From a virus, in IMG/VR virus record IMGVR_UViG_3300032236_000552, positions 35,865-99,864 of that record: a DNA stretch of 64,000 bases. The stretch is one strand, 5' to 3'. Both the position numbers and the translations under genes were made by a program. Within the stretch, counting starts at the first letter, position 1. The number at the start of each line of letters is the position of its first letter. The notes under the pieces are model-generated. The model made no database searches and was not told the DNA's origin. It worked only from the letters and a program-made list of their open reading frames with translations. Positions 9,222 to 19,329 of the stretch are shown here, piece by piece.

Positions 9222-11219
9222 ATGAACATCATTACAACTAAGAAACAGTTAGACGACCTTGTTGAGTTTTACTCCAAGGTAGATGGATTCGCATTCGACG
9301 TCGAAACAGTTGGTGAGAACCGCATCCAACCTGTAGTCAACGACGTACTATGGATATCACTAGCGACAGATGGTCGCACCGATGTTATTCCCATGGGTCA
9401 TCCCAACGGTGACTTCCTGCATTGGGATAAAGAACTTCTCCTTAGTGGTCAACGTAAGGCCGCAGCAGGTAAGCCACTAACAGATGCTGACTACTCCAAG
9501 AACCAAGCCAAGTGGAAACCAGTCTTTGATACACCACCAGCACAGTTACTTCCTGGAGATGTATTCAAAGCATTAAAGCCATTGTTCTTTAGCGACAAGT
9601 TAAAGGTTGGTCACAACGTTAAGTTCGACCTCAAGTCAATTGCCAAGTATTACCGTGGCGTTGTTCCTAACAAGCCTTACTTTGACACCATGATGGCTGC
9701 GTTCGTTATTGACAACCGCAGTCGTGGCAAACTTGGACTCAAGGATTGTGCAGAACGATTCCTTCAGATAAAGGTTGAAAAGGGTATTGGAGCAATGGTT
9801 GAGGTTCACTCCTTCAGCGATGTTGCACACTACTCAGGCTTCGACTCAGAAGTAACGTGGAAGTTGTACAAAGCATTAGAGCCTAAGTTGCAGGGAAGCC
9901 TAAAGCAGGTGTGGGCATTGGAGATGGATGTCATTGCTGCACTCTGTGACATGGAGTTAGCAGGAGCAAACATCGATGTTGAGGAACTAAAGAAGTTAAA
10001 GAAGCGCCTTGAGATAGACATTGATGAGACTAAGGCTCGTGCATGGAAGTTGGCTGGTAAAGCCTTCCCCATGAACTCAGTGCCAGAAAAGCAAAAGATT
10101 TTGTTCTCACCAAAAGAAGAAGGCGGTCGTGGCATTAAGCCAAACCTCAAGATTAAGATTGCCCTTACTGGAAAAGGACAAGACACCGCTGCAGCAAACC
10201 AGCCGTTAAGCATAAGCCATTACTCTGTATCATCAGATGCGTTGGAGTTCTACCGTTCTAAAGACGAGTTGGTAGATGCCATCCTTGATTACCAAGACTT
10301 AAACAAGTTGATGACTACCTATGTAATGCCTTATTTGGGTGGCGAGATTACTCGTACCACTATGGGCAAAGAGCGCATTGTAGAGAAGAAGAGCCTAATG
10401 ATTAACGGGCGTGTACATACAAACTTCAAATCACACGGCGCCGAAACAGGACGTTTCTCCAGTAGTGACCCAAACCTACAGAACATTCCTAGTAGTGGAC
10501 AGTACGGTAAGTTGATTCGTAACCTGTTCGTTGCACCTCCAGGATACAAACTGGTAGTTGCTGACTACTCACAGATTGAGCCACGAGTTATCGCAGCCCT
10601 ATCAGGTGACCCCATCATGGTGGATAACTACCTAACTGGTGGCGATATCTACACCACCATCGGTAACACGATGGGCGTAGACCGTAAGGCAGGTAAGGTT
10701 TTAGTTCTGTCGATTGCCTACGGTGTTGGTCCAGATAAGATTGCTCAACAAGTGGGCTGTACTCCTACAGAGGCCCGTAAGTTGTTGGACGACTTCACTA
10801 AGAAGTTCCATGACATCTCTAAGTACAAGGCTAAGGTTGTCCGTATGGCAAAGGCTGGCTCACCTCCTTATGTGGAGACCATCTTTGGTCGTAGACGGTA
10901 CATCCCAGACCTTAAGAGCACCGACAAGGGGTTATTCGCTAGGGCTGAACGTCAAGCGTTTAACACCGTTATCCAAGGTTCTGCAGCCGATATTATGAAA
11001 CTCGCCATTGTTAGAGCACACTCCTGCTTTATCGACGAGCCAGATGTTAATGTGGTATTGACTGTGCACGATGAACTCGTTACTGTTGCTCGTGAAGATT
11101 TAGCAGAAGAAACAGCCGAAGCCATTCGGGATTCTATGGAAGGTATCAAACTTCCACAGATTACTGTTCCACTAATAGCCGATGTAAAAATCGTAGACAA
11201 ATGGGGAGAAGCCAAGTGA
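9222..11219 (+). CDS. polA: Family A DNA polymerase with 3'-5' exonuclease
   Basis: FDVET, GHNVKFD, TGRFSSSDPNLQNIP, DYSQIEPR, motif B K...YG, NTVIQGSAAD, VHDEL. Confidence 0.96.
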   Translation: MNIITTKKQLDDLVEFYSKVDGFAFDVETVGENRIQPVVNDVLWISLATDGRTDVIPMGHPNGDFLHWDKELLLSGQRKAAAGKPLTDADYSKNQAKWKPVFDTPPAQLLPGDVFKALKPLFFSDKLKVGHNVKFDLKSIAKYYRGVVPNKPYFDTMMAAFVIDNRSRGKLGLKDCAERFLQIKVEKGIGAMVEVHSFSDVAHYSGFDSEVTWKLYKALEPKLQGSLKQVWALEMDVIAALCDMELAGANIDVEELKKLKKRLEIDIDETKARAWKLAGKAFPMNSVPEKQKILFSPKEEGGRGIKPNLKIKIALTGKGQDTAAANQPLSISHYSVSSDALEFYRSKDELVDAILDYQDLNKLMTTYVMPYLGGEITRTTMGKERIVEKKSLMINGRVHTNFKSHGAETGRFSSSDPNLQNIPSSGQYGKLIRNLFVAPPGYKLVVADYSQIEPRVIAALSGDPIMVDNYLTGGDIYTTIGNTMGVDRKAGKVLVLSIAYGVGPDKIAQQVGCTPTEARKLLDDFTKKFHDISKYKAKVVRMAKAGSPPYVETIFGRRRYIPDLKSTDKGLFARAERQAFNTVIQGSAADIMKLAIVRAHSCFIDEPDVNVVLTVHDELVTVAREDLAEETAEAIRDSMEGIKLPQITVPLIADVKIVDKWGEAK

Positions 11220-11339
11220 GTAGTTTTCTTTGTAAAGTATTTGGTCACAAGATGTACAGCATTTCGTGGACACAACAAGACTTCACTATTTTGTGCACTC
11301 GTTGTGAGAAGCGTTGGGAAAGCAAGGGTGTGATTACAC

Positions 11340-11756
11340 ATGAGTAGTGCAGACTGGTGGGCTAAACAACTAGGTGCAAAGCCCCAACAACAAGCACCAG
11401 CACCTCGTCCAGCAGCAATGCCAATGCCACCATCGCAGCAACCTATGACTCCGTATCAAGCGCCACAACAACAGGCGCCAACTACAAAAGCGCAAAGCGT
11501 TTCTCAGACTCAACCATGCCCTGAGTGTTACGGTAACAACTACATGTCTATTGGAAAGATACAGGGACCAAGCGGTCTAGTAGAGACATGGCGTTGTTAT
11601 GACTGTGGCTACCCCAACATGCAATCAGGTAGTTCTCATGGAGCATTGACTGGGGCAAAGATTGAAGGCTCTGCAAAGCCAGCCATCGGAAATGATGTGC
11701 AAAGTGGATGGAGTCCAATGCCAGCAGGTTACAACCCTGATGGAACCAAGCAATGA
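11340..11756 (+). CDS. Pro/Gln-rich protein with zinc ribbon
   Basis: CPEC...CYDCG. Confidence 0.7.
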   Translation: MSSADWWAKQLGAKPQQQAPAPRPAAMPMPPSQQPMTPYQAPQQQAPTTKAQSVSQTQPCPECYGNNYMSIGKIQGPSGLVETWRCYDCGYPNMQSGSSHGALTGAKIEGSAKPAIGNDVQSGWSPMPAGYNPDGTKQ

Positions 11757-12178
11757 TTAAACCTTTTGACCAAACCCTTTATCAAGAAAACGATGATGCA
11801 AAGCATCAAGTGATTGAGTGGTTGTCTAAAGAAGGCTTTGATGCTTTTGTAAACCCCGACCAATACGGCATAGATATCTTGGCTGACAAAGATGGCGACC
11901 GTTATGAGGTAGAGGTTGAAGTCAAACATAACTGGGTAGGAGAACGGTTCCCATTTGGTGAGGTTCACTTTCCAGCCCGTAAAAAGAAGTTTGCTAGGAA
12001 GAGTGAGTTTGTTTGGTTCTTTATGTTAAACCACGAAAGAACCCACGGACTGATAGTAGACGGATTCGATTTTGTAAATGGCACCACAGTACGGAAGAAT
12101 ACGTCAGAGATGGACGGGGATTTCTTTGTGGAGATTCCGACATTTAATTGCAAGTTTGTAAAGATGGAGAGTGAGTAA
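11753..12178 (+). CDS. Putative PD-(D/E)XK nuclease-fold protein
   Basis: IDILA...EVEVK motif. Confidence 0.5.
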   Translation: MIKPFDQTLYQENDDAKHQVIEWLSKEGFDAFVNPDQYGIDILADKDGDRYEVEVEVKHNWVGERFPFGEVHFPARKKKFARKSEFVWFFMLNHERTHGLIVDGFDFVNGTTVRKNTSEMDGDFFVEIPTFNCKFVKMESE

Positions 12179-13221
12179 TGAATGATGAAGCCCGCAAGGT
12201 TATGGCGCAACTTAACAAGCGCTTTGGAGAGAATGTGGTGGTTATCGCTTCTGATATCCGTGGTGACCTTATTCCTCGCATTACTTCAGGGTCGACTACT
12301 TTGGATTATGTGCTGGGTGGTGGGTTTCCTGGTAATCAATGGAACGAACTAATCGGAGAACCTTCACACGGTAAGACCGCTCTCGCTCTAAAGACCATCG
12401 CAGCAAACCAAGCAAAGAACCCAGAGCACACAACCGTATGGGTTGCAGCAGAGCAGTGGGTTCCAGAGTATGCAGAGATGTGTGGAGTAGATACTTCACG
12501 AGTTATTGTTATTGAAACTTCCATCATGGAAGAGGCGTACCAAGCAGTCATTCAGTTTGCAGAGTCTAAGTCTGTAGATGCGATTGTTATTGACTCACTA
12601 CCAGCGTTGTCCCCTGCTCCTGAGATGGAGAAGGACATGAGCGAAATGACTGTTGGTAAGGGAGCGTTGCTCACCAATAAGTTCTTCCGTGTAGTCGGTA
12701 CCGCAATGAAGCGTTCTCTTGTAGAAGATGAGCGCCCTGTACTAGGTTTAATCATCAACCAATACCGCATGAAGATTGGCGTCATGCACGGAGACCCACG
12801 CACTACTCCTGGCGGTGAAGGTAAGAACTATGCGTTCTTTACCCGCTGTGAAGTACGTCGTGATGAATGGATTGAAGTTGGCTCAGGAACTAACAAAGTT
12901 CGAGTTGGTCAACGAATTAAAGTCCGAACACTGAAGAACAAGACTGCACCACCACAACGTGTTGCATACTTTGACTTCTACTTTGCTGAAGGCGGAGCCT
13001 GTGCTCCTGGTGAGTTTGACTTCGCTAAAGAGGTTGCCTCACTCGCTGTAGTAATGGGAATTGTCGACCGTAAGGGTGGATGGTTCTATTACGGTGAGCG
13101 CAAGTGGCAAGGTATTGATTCAGTCATCGCTAGTATCCGTGAAGAAGTTGACCTCAAAGAAGCAATTGAAAAGGCTGTATTTGAGTCAAACGAATTACCG
13201 ATTAGCGCTGAAGAAGAATAA
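12178..13221 (+). CDS. recA: RecA/UvsX recombinase
   Basis: GEPSHGKT, IVIDSL, INQYRMKIGVMHGDPRTTPGG, KNKTAPP, GGWFYY. Confidence 0.96.
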   Translation: MNDEARKVMAQLNKRFGENVVVIASDIRGDLIPRITSGSTTLDYVLGGGFPGNQWNELIGEPSHGKTALALKTIAANQAKNPEHTTVWVAAEQWVPEYAEMCGVDTSRVIVIETSIMEEAYQAVIQFAESKSVDAIVIDSLPALSPAPEMEKDMSEMTVGKGALLTNKFFRVVGTAMKRSLVEDERPVLGLIINQYRMKIGVMHGDPRTTPGGEGKNYAFFTRCEVRRDEWIEVGSGTNKVRVGQRIKVRTLKNKTAPPQRVAYFDFYFAEGGACAPGEFDFAKEVASLAVVMGIVDRKGGWFYYGERKWQGIDSVIASIREEVDLKEAIEKAVFESNELPISAEEE

Positions 13222-13237
13222 CCGATAGAGTATTGCA

Positions 13238-13555
13238 ATGAGAACCGAAGGCCAGAAGCAATCCAGAAAGCATGAGGACCGCCTCGCTAAGAAAGTAGGC
13301 GGGTCACGTACTGCGGCCTCTGGAGCATTTTGGTCAAGAAAAGGCGATGTGCGGTCAGACGACCTTCTGATTGAGCACAAGTTTACTGGTAAGAAACAGA
13401 CAACTGTAAAGTCTGATGTTCTCAAAAAAATTACGAGAGAGGCAATCCTTGATGGACGTATGCCCGTACTGGGCGTCCATTTGGACGGGGAGAATTACGT
13501 GATTCTCCTTGAAGACGATTTCTTAGAGATGAGGGACCGACTAAAGGATGCCTAA
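13238..13555 (+). CDS. Holliday junction resolvase-like PD-(D/E)XK nuclease
   Basis: HE...ASGA...KGDV...LIEHK motif. Confidence 0.7.
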   Translation: MRTEGQKQSRKHEDRLAKKVGGSRTAASGAFWSRKGDVRSDDLLIEHKFTGKKQTTVKSDVLKKITREAILDGRMPVLGVHLDGENYVILLEDDFLEMRDRLKDA

Positions 13556-13558
13556 CAC

Positions 13559-13873
13559 ATGGAAGAACCAGAGCACACTTGGCGATATGAGGCCCGTTGC
13601 CAAGGCGAAGACACGGATACTTTCTATCCGCCAAGAGATAAAGAGCAGTACAAAATCATTGCTACTCAAGCAAAGTCATTTTGCTTTGGTGACAATCGCA
13701 AGAATCCTTGCCCAGTTCAAAAGCAATGCTTATGGGATGCGGTAAGTAGAGAAGAGCCACACGGTATATGGGGTGGCTTGAGTCACAGAGAAAGAAATGC
13801 TTTAATACGTAAGTGGCAAAAAACCTACAAAAAGAAGATGACCTTGAAGGAGTTCATTTTCAGTAAGGACTAA
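13559..13873 (+). CDS. whiB: WhiB-family transcriptional regulator
   Basis: Four Cys (ARC, AKSFC, CPVQKQC) and GIWGGLS...ER motif. Confidence 0.92.
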   Translation: MEEPEHTWRYEARCQGEDTDTFYPPRDKEQYKIIATQAKSFCFGDNRKNPCPVQKQCLWDAVSREEPHGIWGGLSHRERNALIRKWQKTYKKKMTLKEFIFSKD

Positions 13874-13876
13874 GAA

Positions 13877-14719
13877 ATGGAAAACGACCTAAAGCGCTTT
13901 TTAGATGCTAAGAAGCGAGAGCCACGTTTGATTGGTGATGTAGAGCGACACTTAATGCGTCGTCCTCTAGGAGACCGTTCAACGACAGTTCTACACCCAT
14001 CGGAAATCATTAAGAACGATTTCTGCTACAAGTACTCGTACTACTTGATGACTGGCGGAGTATCGAAGAAAGAGAAGCCAAACCTTCGTTTGCAATCTAT
14101 CTTTGATGAAGGCCATGCAATCCATCATAAGTGGCAGAACTGGTTCCATGAGATGGGCGTCCTTTACGGTCGTTTCCAGTGCAATCATTGCGGTGAGTCT
14201 GTAACAGGCATTTCTCCAACTGTCTGCGAAAAGTGTGGGGACACCCGCATGGAGTACAAGGAAGTTACCCTTGTGGATAACGACCTAAAGATTGCGGGTC
14301 ACACCGATGGTTGGATTAAGGGAATTGGAAACGATTGCCTTATTGAAATCAAATCCATTGGTTCAGGTACATTCCGTTTTGAAGCACCTGACCTTCTTTT
14401 GGATGCAGATGGAGACATCTTTAAGGCGTTCAATAGCATCAAGCGCCCATTCCGTAGCCACTTACTCCAGGGACAGATGTACCTAGAGTTATCACGCCGC
14501 ATGTTCGGTGATGAAGCCCCTACTGAAATCGTGTTCCTATATGAACTAAAGGCTGACCAGTCATACAAAGAGTTCACTGTTAAAGCAGATTACGAAACTG
14601 TAGACCGTATCTTCTTTAAGGCTAAGAAAGTAAACGATGCAATTAAGGCTGGTGTAATGCCAGAGTGTAATATTGACCCAGACAACGGTTGCAAGCAATG
14701 TAACCTGATTGGGGAGTAA
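13877..14719 (+). CDS. Cas4-like / RecB-family exonuclease
   Basis: HPSE, GHAIH, GHTDG, LIEIKS, QGQMY and C-terminal Cys cluster. Confidence 0.85.
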   Translation: MENDLKRFLDAKKREPRLIGDVERHLMRRPLGDRSTTVLHPSEIIKNDFCYKYSYYLMTGGVSKKEKPNLRLQSIFDEGHAIHHKWQNWFHEMGVLYGRFQCNHCGESVTGISPTVCEKCGDTRMEYKEVTLVDNDLKIAGHTDGWIKGIGNDCLIEIKSIGSGTFRFEAPDLLLDADGDIFKAFNSIKRPFRSHLLQGQMYLELSRRMFGDEAPTEIVFLYELKADQSYKEFTVKADYETVDRIFFKAKKVNDAIKAGVMPECNIDPDNGCKQCNLIGE

Positions 14720-15207
14720 TGTTAATCCTTGGAGACGCATCAAAGGTAGCCGTAGACTTAATGAGCCAACAGAACATCAACATGTGGCCTGAGCAAAGCA
14801 AGCAACCTGTTATGCCCAAAGACATCTCGGTTCTAGATAGTGAAGAACTTAGTGAGTTGTTTACCCGCTTAACTGCATGGTCAAACTATGTAGCAGGTCA
14901 GTTGGCAGCAGCACAGGTTGATGAGAAGTTTCTGGAAAAGAAACTCTCTAACTCAGAGGCACAGTTGTTCTTGGCTAAAGACACCAGCAAGGTTAAGGGA
15001 GAGCGTGTAACGCTTATCAAAGCCCAAGTTGCTGCTGACCCAATGATTATTGAACTAGAAGAAAAGTTAATGAGCGCATACGCATACCGTAAGATGGTTG
15101 AAGTTGTAGCCAGTAACTTTGAGCGAGATGTAGCGTTAGTATCTCGTGAGATAACACGACGCACTAACGACTTCCGCTCTAACCGTAAGGACAAATACTC
15201 ACTGTGA
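14719..15207 (+). CDS. Coiled-coil protein, possibly UvsY-like recombination mediator
   Basis: Helical; C-terminal VSREITRR; context with RecA. Confidence 0.4.
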   Translation: MLILGDASKVAVDLMSQQNINMWPEQSKQPVMPKDISVLDSEELSELFTRLTAWSNYVAGQLAAAQVDEKFLEKKLSNSEAQLFLAKDTSKVKGERVTLIKAQVAADPMIIELEEKLMSAYAYRKMVEVVASNFERDVALVSREITRRTNDFRSNRKDKYSL

Positions 15208-15746
15208 TTATTGGACTATCAGGCTACGCTCAATCTGGAAAAGATGAAGTAGCCAAGATTCTCGTATCGGAATACGGATTCACACGAGTAGCGTTTGCTG
15301 ACAAAATTCGTGAACTTCTGTATGAGATGAACCCAGACTTTAGAGACACGCTGTTGCAACAAGCGGTAGACCGTCTTGGTTGGGATGAAGTTAAGAAAGA
15401 CCAAGCAGTTCGTCGCATGATGCAGAACCTGGGCGTTGGTGCACGAAAGATGTTTGGCGACGGATTTTGGGTAGCACAGGTATTCAACGGTTATGACTGG
15501 GATATTCCAACGGTCGTTACTGATGTGCGGTTTCAGAACGAAGCAGAATTGTTAAAGAAGTGGACTCCTGATGACACACAGATTTGGCGTGTAAAGAGGC
15601 CAGGAGTTGAAGCAGTCAACGGACATATATCAGAGCATGATTTGGACGATTACAAATTTGACCAGATACTAAAGAACGAGGGAACTTTAGAGGACCTAAC
15701 AAACATGGTCCGTAGACGTATGGAGTTTACCCTCAATGCCAACTAA
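15204..15746 (+). CDS. Deoxynucleoside monophosphate kinase
   Basis: IIGLSGYAQSGKD, AFADKIR, MQNLG, VVTDVRFQNE, HISE. Confidence 0.9.
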   Translation: MIIGLSGYAQSGKDEVAKILVSEYGFTRVAFADKIRELLYEMNPDFRDTLLQQAVDRLGWDEVKKDQAVRRMMQNLGVGARKMFGDGFWVAQVFNGYDWDIPTVVTDVRFQNEAELLKKWTPDDTQIWRVKRPGVEAVNGHISEHDLDDYKFDQILKNEGTLEDLTNMVRRRMEFTLNAN

Positions 15747-16326
15747 GTTAATTGACGGCGGTTTAGATAAACGTGGTGAGATTACTATTGGTATTGACCA
15801 ATCACTCACGGGATTTGCACTAACGGCGCTCCTTGTAAACGAACCAAAGAAGCATCTTACGTGGGTGTATAAGTCTCCTTATTTCGGTATTGAGAGACTG
15901 GCAGATATACGCCAATGGTTGCAAGATACATTCTCATACCTAGAAGATGAACAAGAGTTCACTATCAAGGATGTAGCCATGGAAGGAACAGTGTTAGCCA
16001 GTAATGCAGCACTCGTCCTTGGAGAGTTATCAGCCACAGTCCGTCTTACTATTTTTGACTTCTTTGATGAAGGCGATGCCCGTAAATATCCACTTAAAGT
16101 TCCGCCAATGACTCTAAAGAAGTATGCAGCAGGAAAAGGCAATGCCAAGAAACAAGAGATGCTGTTACAGATATACAAGCGTTGGGGTGTGGAGTTTAAC
16201 GATGACAACGCTGCTGATTCCTATGCACTAGCCAGACTAGCCTCTGGCAATGCTGACGGCGCTATTGAAGCAGCGATTATTGCTCAGATGTCAGACCCTA
16301 AATACAGAGACCAACCAAGGATTTAG
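15736..16326 (+). CDS. RuvC-like Holliday junction resolvase
   Basis: IGIDQSLTG, VAMEG, PMTLKKYAAGKGNAKK, DNAADSYALA. Confidence 0.85.
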   Translation: MPTKLIDGGLDKRGEITIGIDQSLTGFALTALLVNEPKKHLTWVYKSPYFGIERLADIRQWLQDTFSYLEDEQEFTIKDVAMEGTVLASNAALVLGELSATVRLTIFDFFDEGDARKYPLKVPPMTLKKYAAGKGNAKKQEMLLQIYKRWGVEFNDDNAADSYALARLASGNADGAIEAAIIAQMSDPKYRDQPRI

Positions 16327-16346
16327 CCTTATCCTTTAGTTCGGGA

Positions 16347-16670
16347 GTGGCGCACCAACTCGAACCAAAGGACCAACAATTGACTAACACACCAGAAGTA
16401 TCTGCTGAAGAACCGTTTTTACGAGTCAGCGCATCCTCCAATCCCCAGAGCGTTGCATCAGCAATCGCCCATGCCTGCTACGACAAGCGTGAGGTTAAAC
16501 TCCGTGCCGTAGGTGCTGGAGCAGTAAACCAAGCAGTTAAAGCCATCGCTATTGCCCGTGGATACGTGGCACCTCGTGGTATGGATTTGACCGATAAGCC
16601 AGGGTTTACAACCATCGAAAGCCGTGACGGAGAGATTTCCGCCATCGTATTTCACATTACAGCGTCCTAA
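16347..16670 (+). CDS. spoVS: SpoVS-family (Alba-like fold) protein
   Basis: LRVSASSNPQSVASAIA...RAVGAGAVNQAVKAIAIARGYVAP matches the SpoVS signature; start may be TTG 16380. Confidence 0.88.
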   Translation: MAHQLEPKDQQLTNTPEVSAEEPFLRVSASSNPQSVASAIAHACYDKREVKLRAVGAGAVNQAVKAIAIARGYVAPRGMDLTDKPGFTTIESRDGEISAIVFHITAS

Positions 16671-16707
16671 TAAAGACGTATCCTTGTACCTAGAGTAAGG
16701 AGTCACA

Positions 16708-17157
16708 ATGGCATCTTGGACATCATTAGGTCATGCCATGCGTCGTCGCATGGGTGCACCATCAAACCATCTAGAGTCAGCAGGTAAATCTATGGCACGT
16801 AACATTTCAACCCCAGAGGAAGTTATTGCTTCTGCAGAGCACGCTAACAGCCCACGTAAGTATGTTGGTCAATCAACAGGCTTCGAGGCAGTAAAGCCAG
16901 AGCGTGGAACGCTTGTTGCTAAGAAGAACACACAAGCATCTAACCCAACCGCTGGCGGAAAAACAAACAAGAAGAATGTTCTTGCAGGAAATGCAGCAGC
17001 ATCAGAGCGCATGGGTGCACGCTATTCAACAAGCGTCAAGTTCCCAGCAGGAACTGAGCCAGCAGCAGCGCCAACAATGCGTAATGCAAAGACGGTTCCT
17101 TCAGTTGCTGGACGTCAAGCACCTAACTTTGATAGCGGGATGAATAGCGTTCTCTAA
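16708..17157 (+). CDS. Basic low-complexity hypothetical protein
   Basis: SD AAGGAG; Ala/Lys/Ser rich. Confidence 0.7.
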   Translation: MASWTSLGHAMRRRMGAPSNHLESAGKSMARNISTPEEVIASAEHANSPRKYVGQSTGFEAVKPERGTLVAKKNTQASNPTAGGKTNKKNVLAGNAAASERMGARYSTSVKFPAGTEPAAAPTMRNAKTVPSVAGRQAPNFDSGMNSVL

Positions 17158-17414
17158 TGTCTATTCTCTCTGACAACCAGTTTCATGAGAGTGTAACGCC
17201 TGAACAGTCACATGTTGAGGCGCCACTCTCATTGAGTTCATCCACAAACAATTCCGCTGCACAGGCAACTGCGTGGCGTAACTCTTCTTTGGGTGGAGGA
17301 CGTCCTCTCTCGTTCTCATCAAAGACACGTGGTACAACGTTTAACTGGGATGACGCACCAAAGGCATCACTGCCATCATCAGACACGGGCGCATCGTTCG
17401 GAGGCAAAGAATGA
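17157..17414 (+). CDS. Ser-rich protein with N-terminal LSDNQF motif
   Basis: Coupled TAATG start. Confidence 0.7.
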   Translation: MSILSDNQFHESVTPEQSHVEAPLSLSSSTNNSAAQATAWRNSSLGGGRPLSFSSKTRGTTFNWDDAPKASLPSSDTGASFGGKE

Positions 17415-18025
17415 GTCAAGAACACCTCAGCCACTCAGAGTTTGCTGATGTAGTAAACAAAGAAGGTGGCGCAAGCCGTAACTTCCAAACCAGTGCACCT
17501 GCAAAAGGTCCTGGTGTTATGGTGTCTATCCCTGGTGCAGAGAAGATTACAAACGCTCCTCTTACTGCAGACCAAGCAAAGTCATTCCGTAGAGACCACG
17601 ATGCCATGGCAACGGGAAGTGACTACCACGGTGCTTGGAAATCTGGCGACAAAGTTTTCCAAGATGTTAGTCGTAAGCACACCGATTTAGACAGCGCACG
17701 TAAGGCTGGAGAGCGTGACAAGCAAATTGCTGGTTACGATTTAGGCGGAACTGATGAGCGTCGTCCAGAAGGTGGCGAAGTATTCTTTGGTCGCCATGTT
17801 CCAGGAATTGAAAGCAACGAAGAGTTCAAGGGCGGAAAGAACAAGACAAGCCAACAAGAGCGCATGTCTCCAAAGCCAAGTAGCCGTTCACAAGAGTTTG
17901 CAGAGCAATCACATATTAGCCGTGGTGCAACTGTAGGCAAGCGTGGTGGCAAAGGTACAAAGAAGATTTCTATTAACGAAGTTTACGCAACAATCGCAAA
18001 GAACCGCCGAAACAGAGGCGTCTAA
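17411..18025 (+). CDS. Hypothetical protein with N-terminal HLSHSEF motif
   Basis: ATGA overlap; 204 aa. Confidence 0.7.
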   Translation: MSQEHLSHSEFADVVNKEGGASRNFQTSAPAKGPGVMVSIPGAEKITNAPLTADQAKSFRRDHDAMATGSDYHGAWKSGDKVFQDVSRKHTDLDSARKAGERDKQIAGYDLGGTDERRPEGGEVFFGRHVPGIESNEEFKGGKNKTSQQERMSPKPSSRSQEFAEQSHISRGATVGKRGGKGTKKISINEVYATIAKNRRNRGV

Positions 18026-18558
18026 TGGCAGGGGCCACTAATAACTTTTCGCCACAACAAAACTGGCAATCGCTAGGTGGTAATGGTTTTTATGGCTACA
18101 ACAACCAGGGCGGTGCTGGTACACCTGTAGCACGTGACCCACTTGACGCTACCCGTATTGGTGTAGGCCGTGTTCCTTCTGCAGAATATCCTGACGGTTA
18201 TCTCGGAACGATTCGTTCACGTCGTGATGACCGCCTACTTGATTCCATCAAAAGCCGTGTCAACCAGAAAGCCTATCAACGTGGTGTACACAAGGGTGAG
18301 CGCATTGAGCCATCCATGTACTTTTGGCCTGACAGCATCAACCCTATGATGGGTATTCAACGCCAGATGGCAGCGACCGTAGACAAGTCCAACGGAGTTA
18401 CCGTTTATCGCACACTTCGTAACGCCCCACAAGTTGCCCTTACTCCTGCCCCTCACCTTGTTAATGATGGCAAGGCAAACACTGTTGCAGAGGAGCCAGG
18501 TCAAATTAACGAACGTCGTCAGGCGATGCTCGCTTACTTGAAACCAGCGTGGCGCTAA
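18025..18558 (+). CDS. Hypothetical protein
   Basis: Coupled TAATG start; 177 aa. Confidence 0.7.
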   Translation: MAGATNNFSPQQNWQSLGGNGFYGYNNQGGAGTPVARDPLDATRIGVGRVPSAEYPDGYLGTIRSRRDDRLLDSIKSRVNQKAYQRGVHKGERIEPSMYFWPDSINPMMGIQRQMAATVDKSNGVTVYRTLRNAPQVALTPAPHLVNDGKANTVAEEPGQINERRQAMLAYLKPAWR

Positions 18559-18920
18559 TGACGCAAACGTTTGACGGCAATTACGATTACACCAAGCCTT
18601 GGCGTGCACCGTTACAGCCTGACCAGATTGCTAAGAAGTGGCAGTACAACGGCCCATGGGCAACCAACATGGAGCGCCTAACTTCTCAAGCGTTGATGGT
18701 TATGTCTATCCCAGGTGCAGAACTGCAGGCAATGGTACGCCCACCTATGCCACAGATTCGTTTGTTTCCAGACCGATATGGCTATGGAGACCGTTCACAA
18801 CCTGGCATCGAAGATGTCGTGAGTGTAGACCGTAATTATCACGAACCTCGTGTATCTTGGTTCTCTGGTGGAGTTGCTGGTTACGAGGCAGCCTCCCGTA
18901 ATGATTTGGGGAATAACTAA
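18558..18920 (+). CDS. Hypothetical protein
   Basis: Coupled TAATG start inside ORF 18549..18920. Confidence 0.65.
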   Translation: MTQTFDGNYDYTKPWRAPLQPDQIAKKWQYNGPWATNMERLTSQALMVMSIPGAELQAMVRPPMPQIRLFPDRYGYGDRSQPGIEDVVSVDRNYHEPRVSWFSGGVAGYEAASRNDLGNN

Positions 18921-19120
18921 TGTACAGCCCTCTTAGTTCACTTCAGCATTCGATGTTTAGAAAGCAACATCGCACGTTTGTAAAGAACCAGAAGCATCCT
19001 GTTGTGCCTAACCGTGCATCTGCCTATACAGCATACCCAACAGGCGCTGGCTCTAACCACACTAGCAAAGAACTGAACGTAAGTAACATGCGTTCATGGC
19101 ACGCTGGAGGTGCAAACTAA
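18920..19120 (+). CDS. Small basic hypothetical protein
   Basis: Coupled TAATG start. Confidence 0.55.
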   Translation: MYSPLSSLQHSMFRKQHRTFVKNQKHPVVPNRASAYTAYPTGAGSNHTSKELNVSNMRSWHAGGAN

Positions 19121-19329
19121 TGTCAGGTAACTATGGTGATGGCGCAGAGCCAATGGAATGGCAAGCCAAGACAATTGCCGAAAACGCAATGCGTTATAAC
19201 GGTTCAGCCCCATGCCCAACATGCGGCGTTATTATGAACCCAGTTGAATTTCTCAGCAACCGTGGACACTGTCTAGCCTGCACCACACAGATGAAGGCTA
19301 AGCGAGCACAGAACAAGATGGTGCGATAA
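19120..19329 (+). CDS. Small zinc-finger protein
   Basis: CPTCG...CLAC; SD GGAGG and TAATG coupling. Confidence 0.65.
   Translation: MSGNYGDGAEPMEWQAKTIAENAMRYNGSAPCPTCGVIMNPVEFLSNRGHCLACTTQMKAKRAQNKMVR

Noticed and set aside
13877-14719. Cas4-like gene as part of a CRISPR-Cas system
   Set aside because: No other cas genes and no repeat-spacer array seen; solo Cas4-like nucleases are common in phage recombination modules
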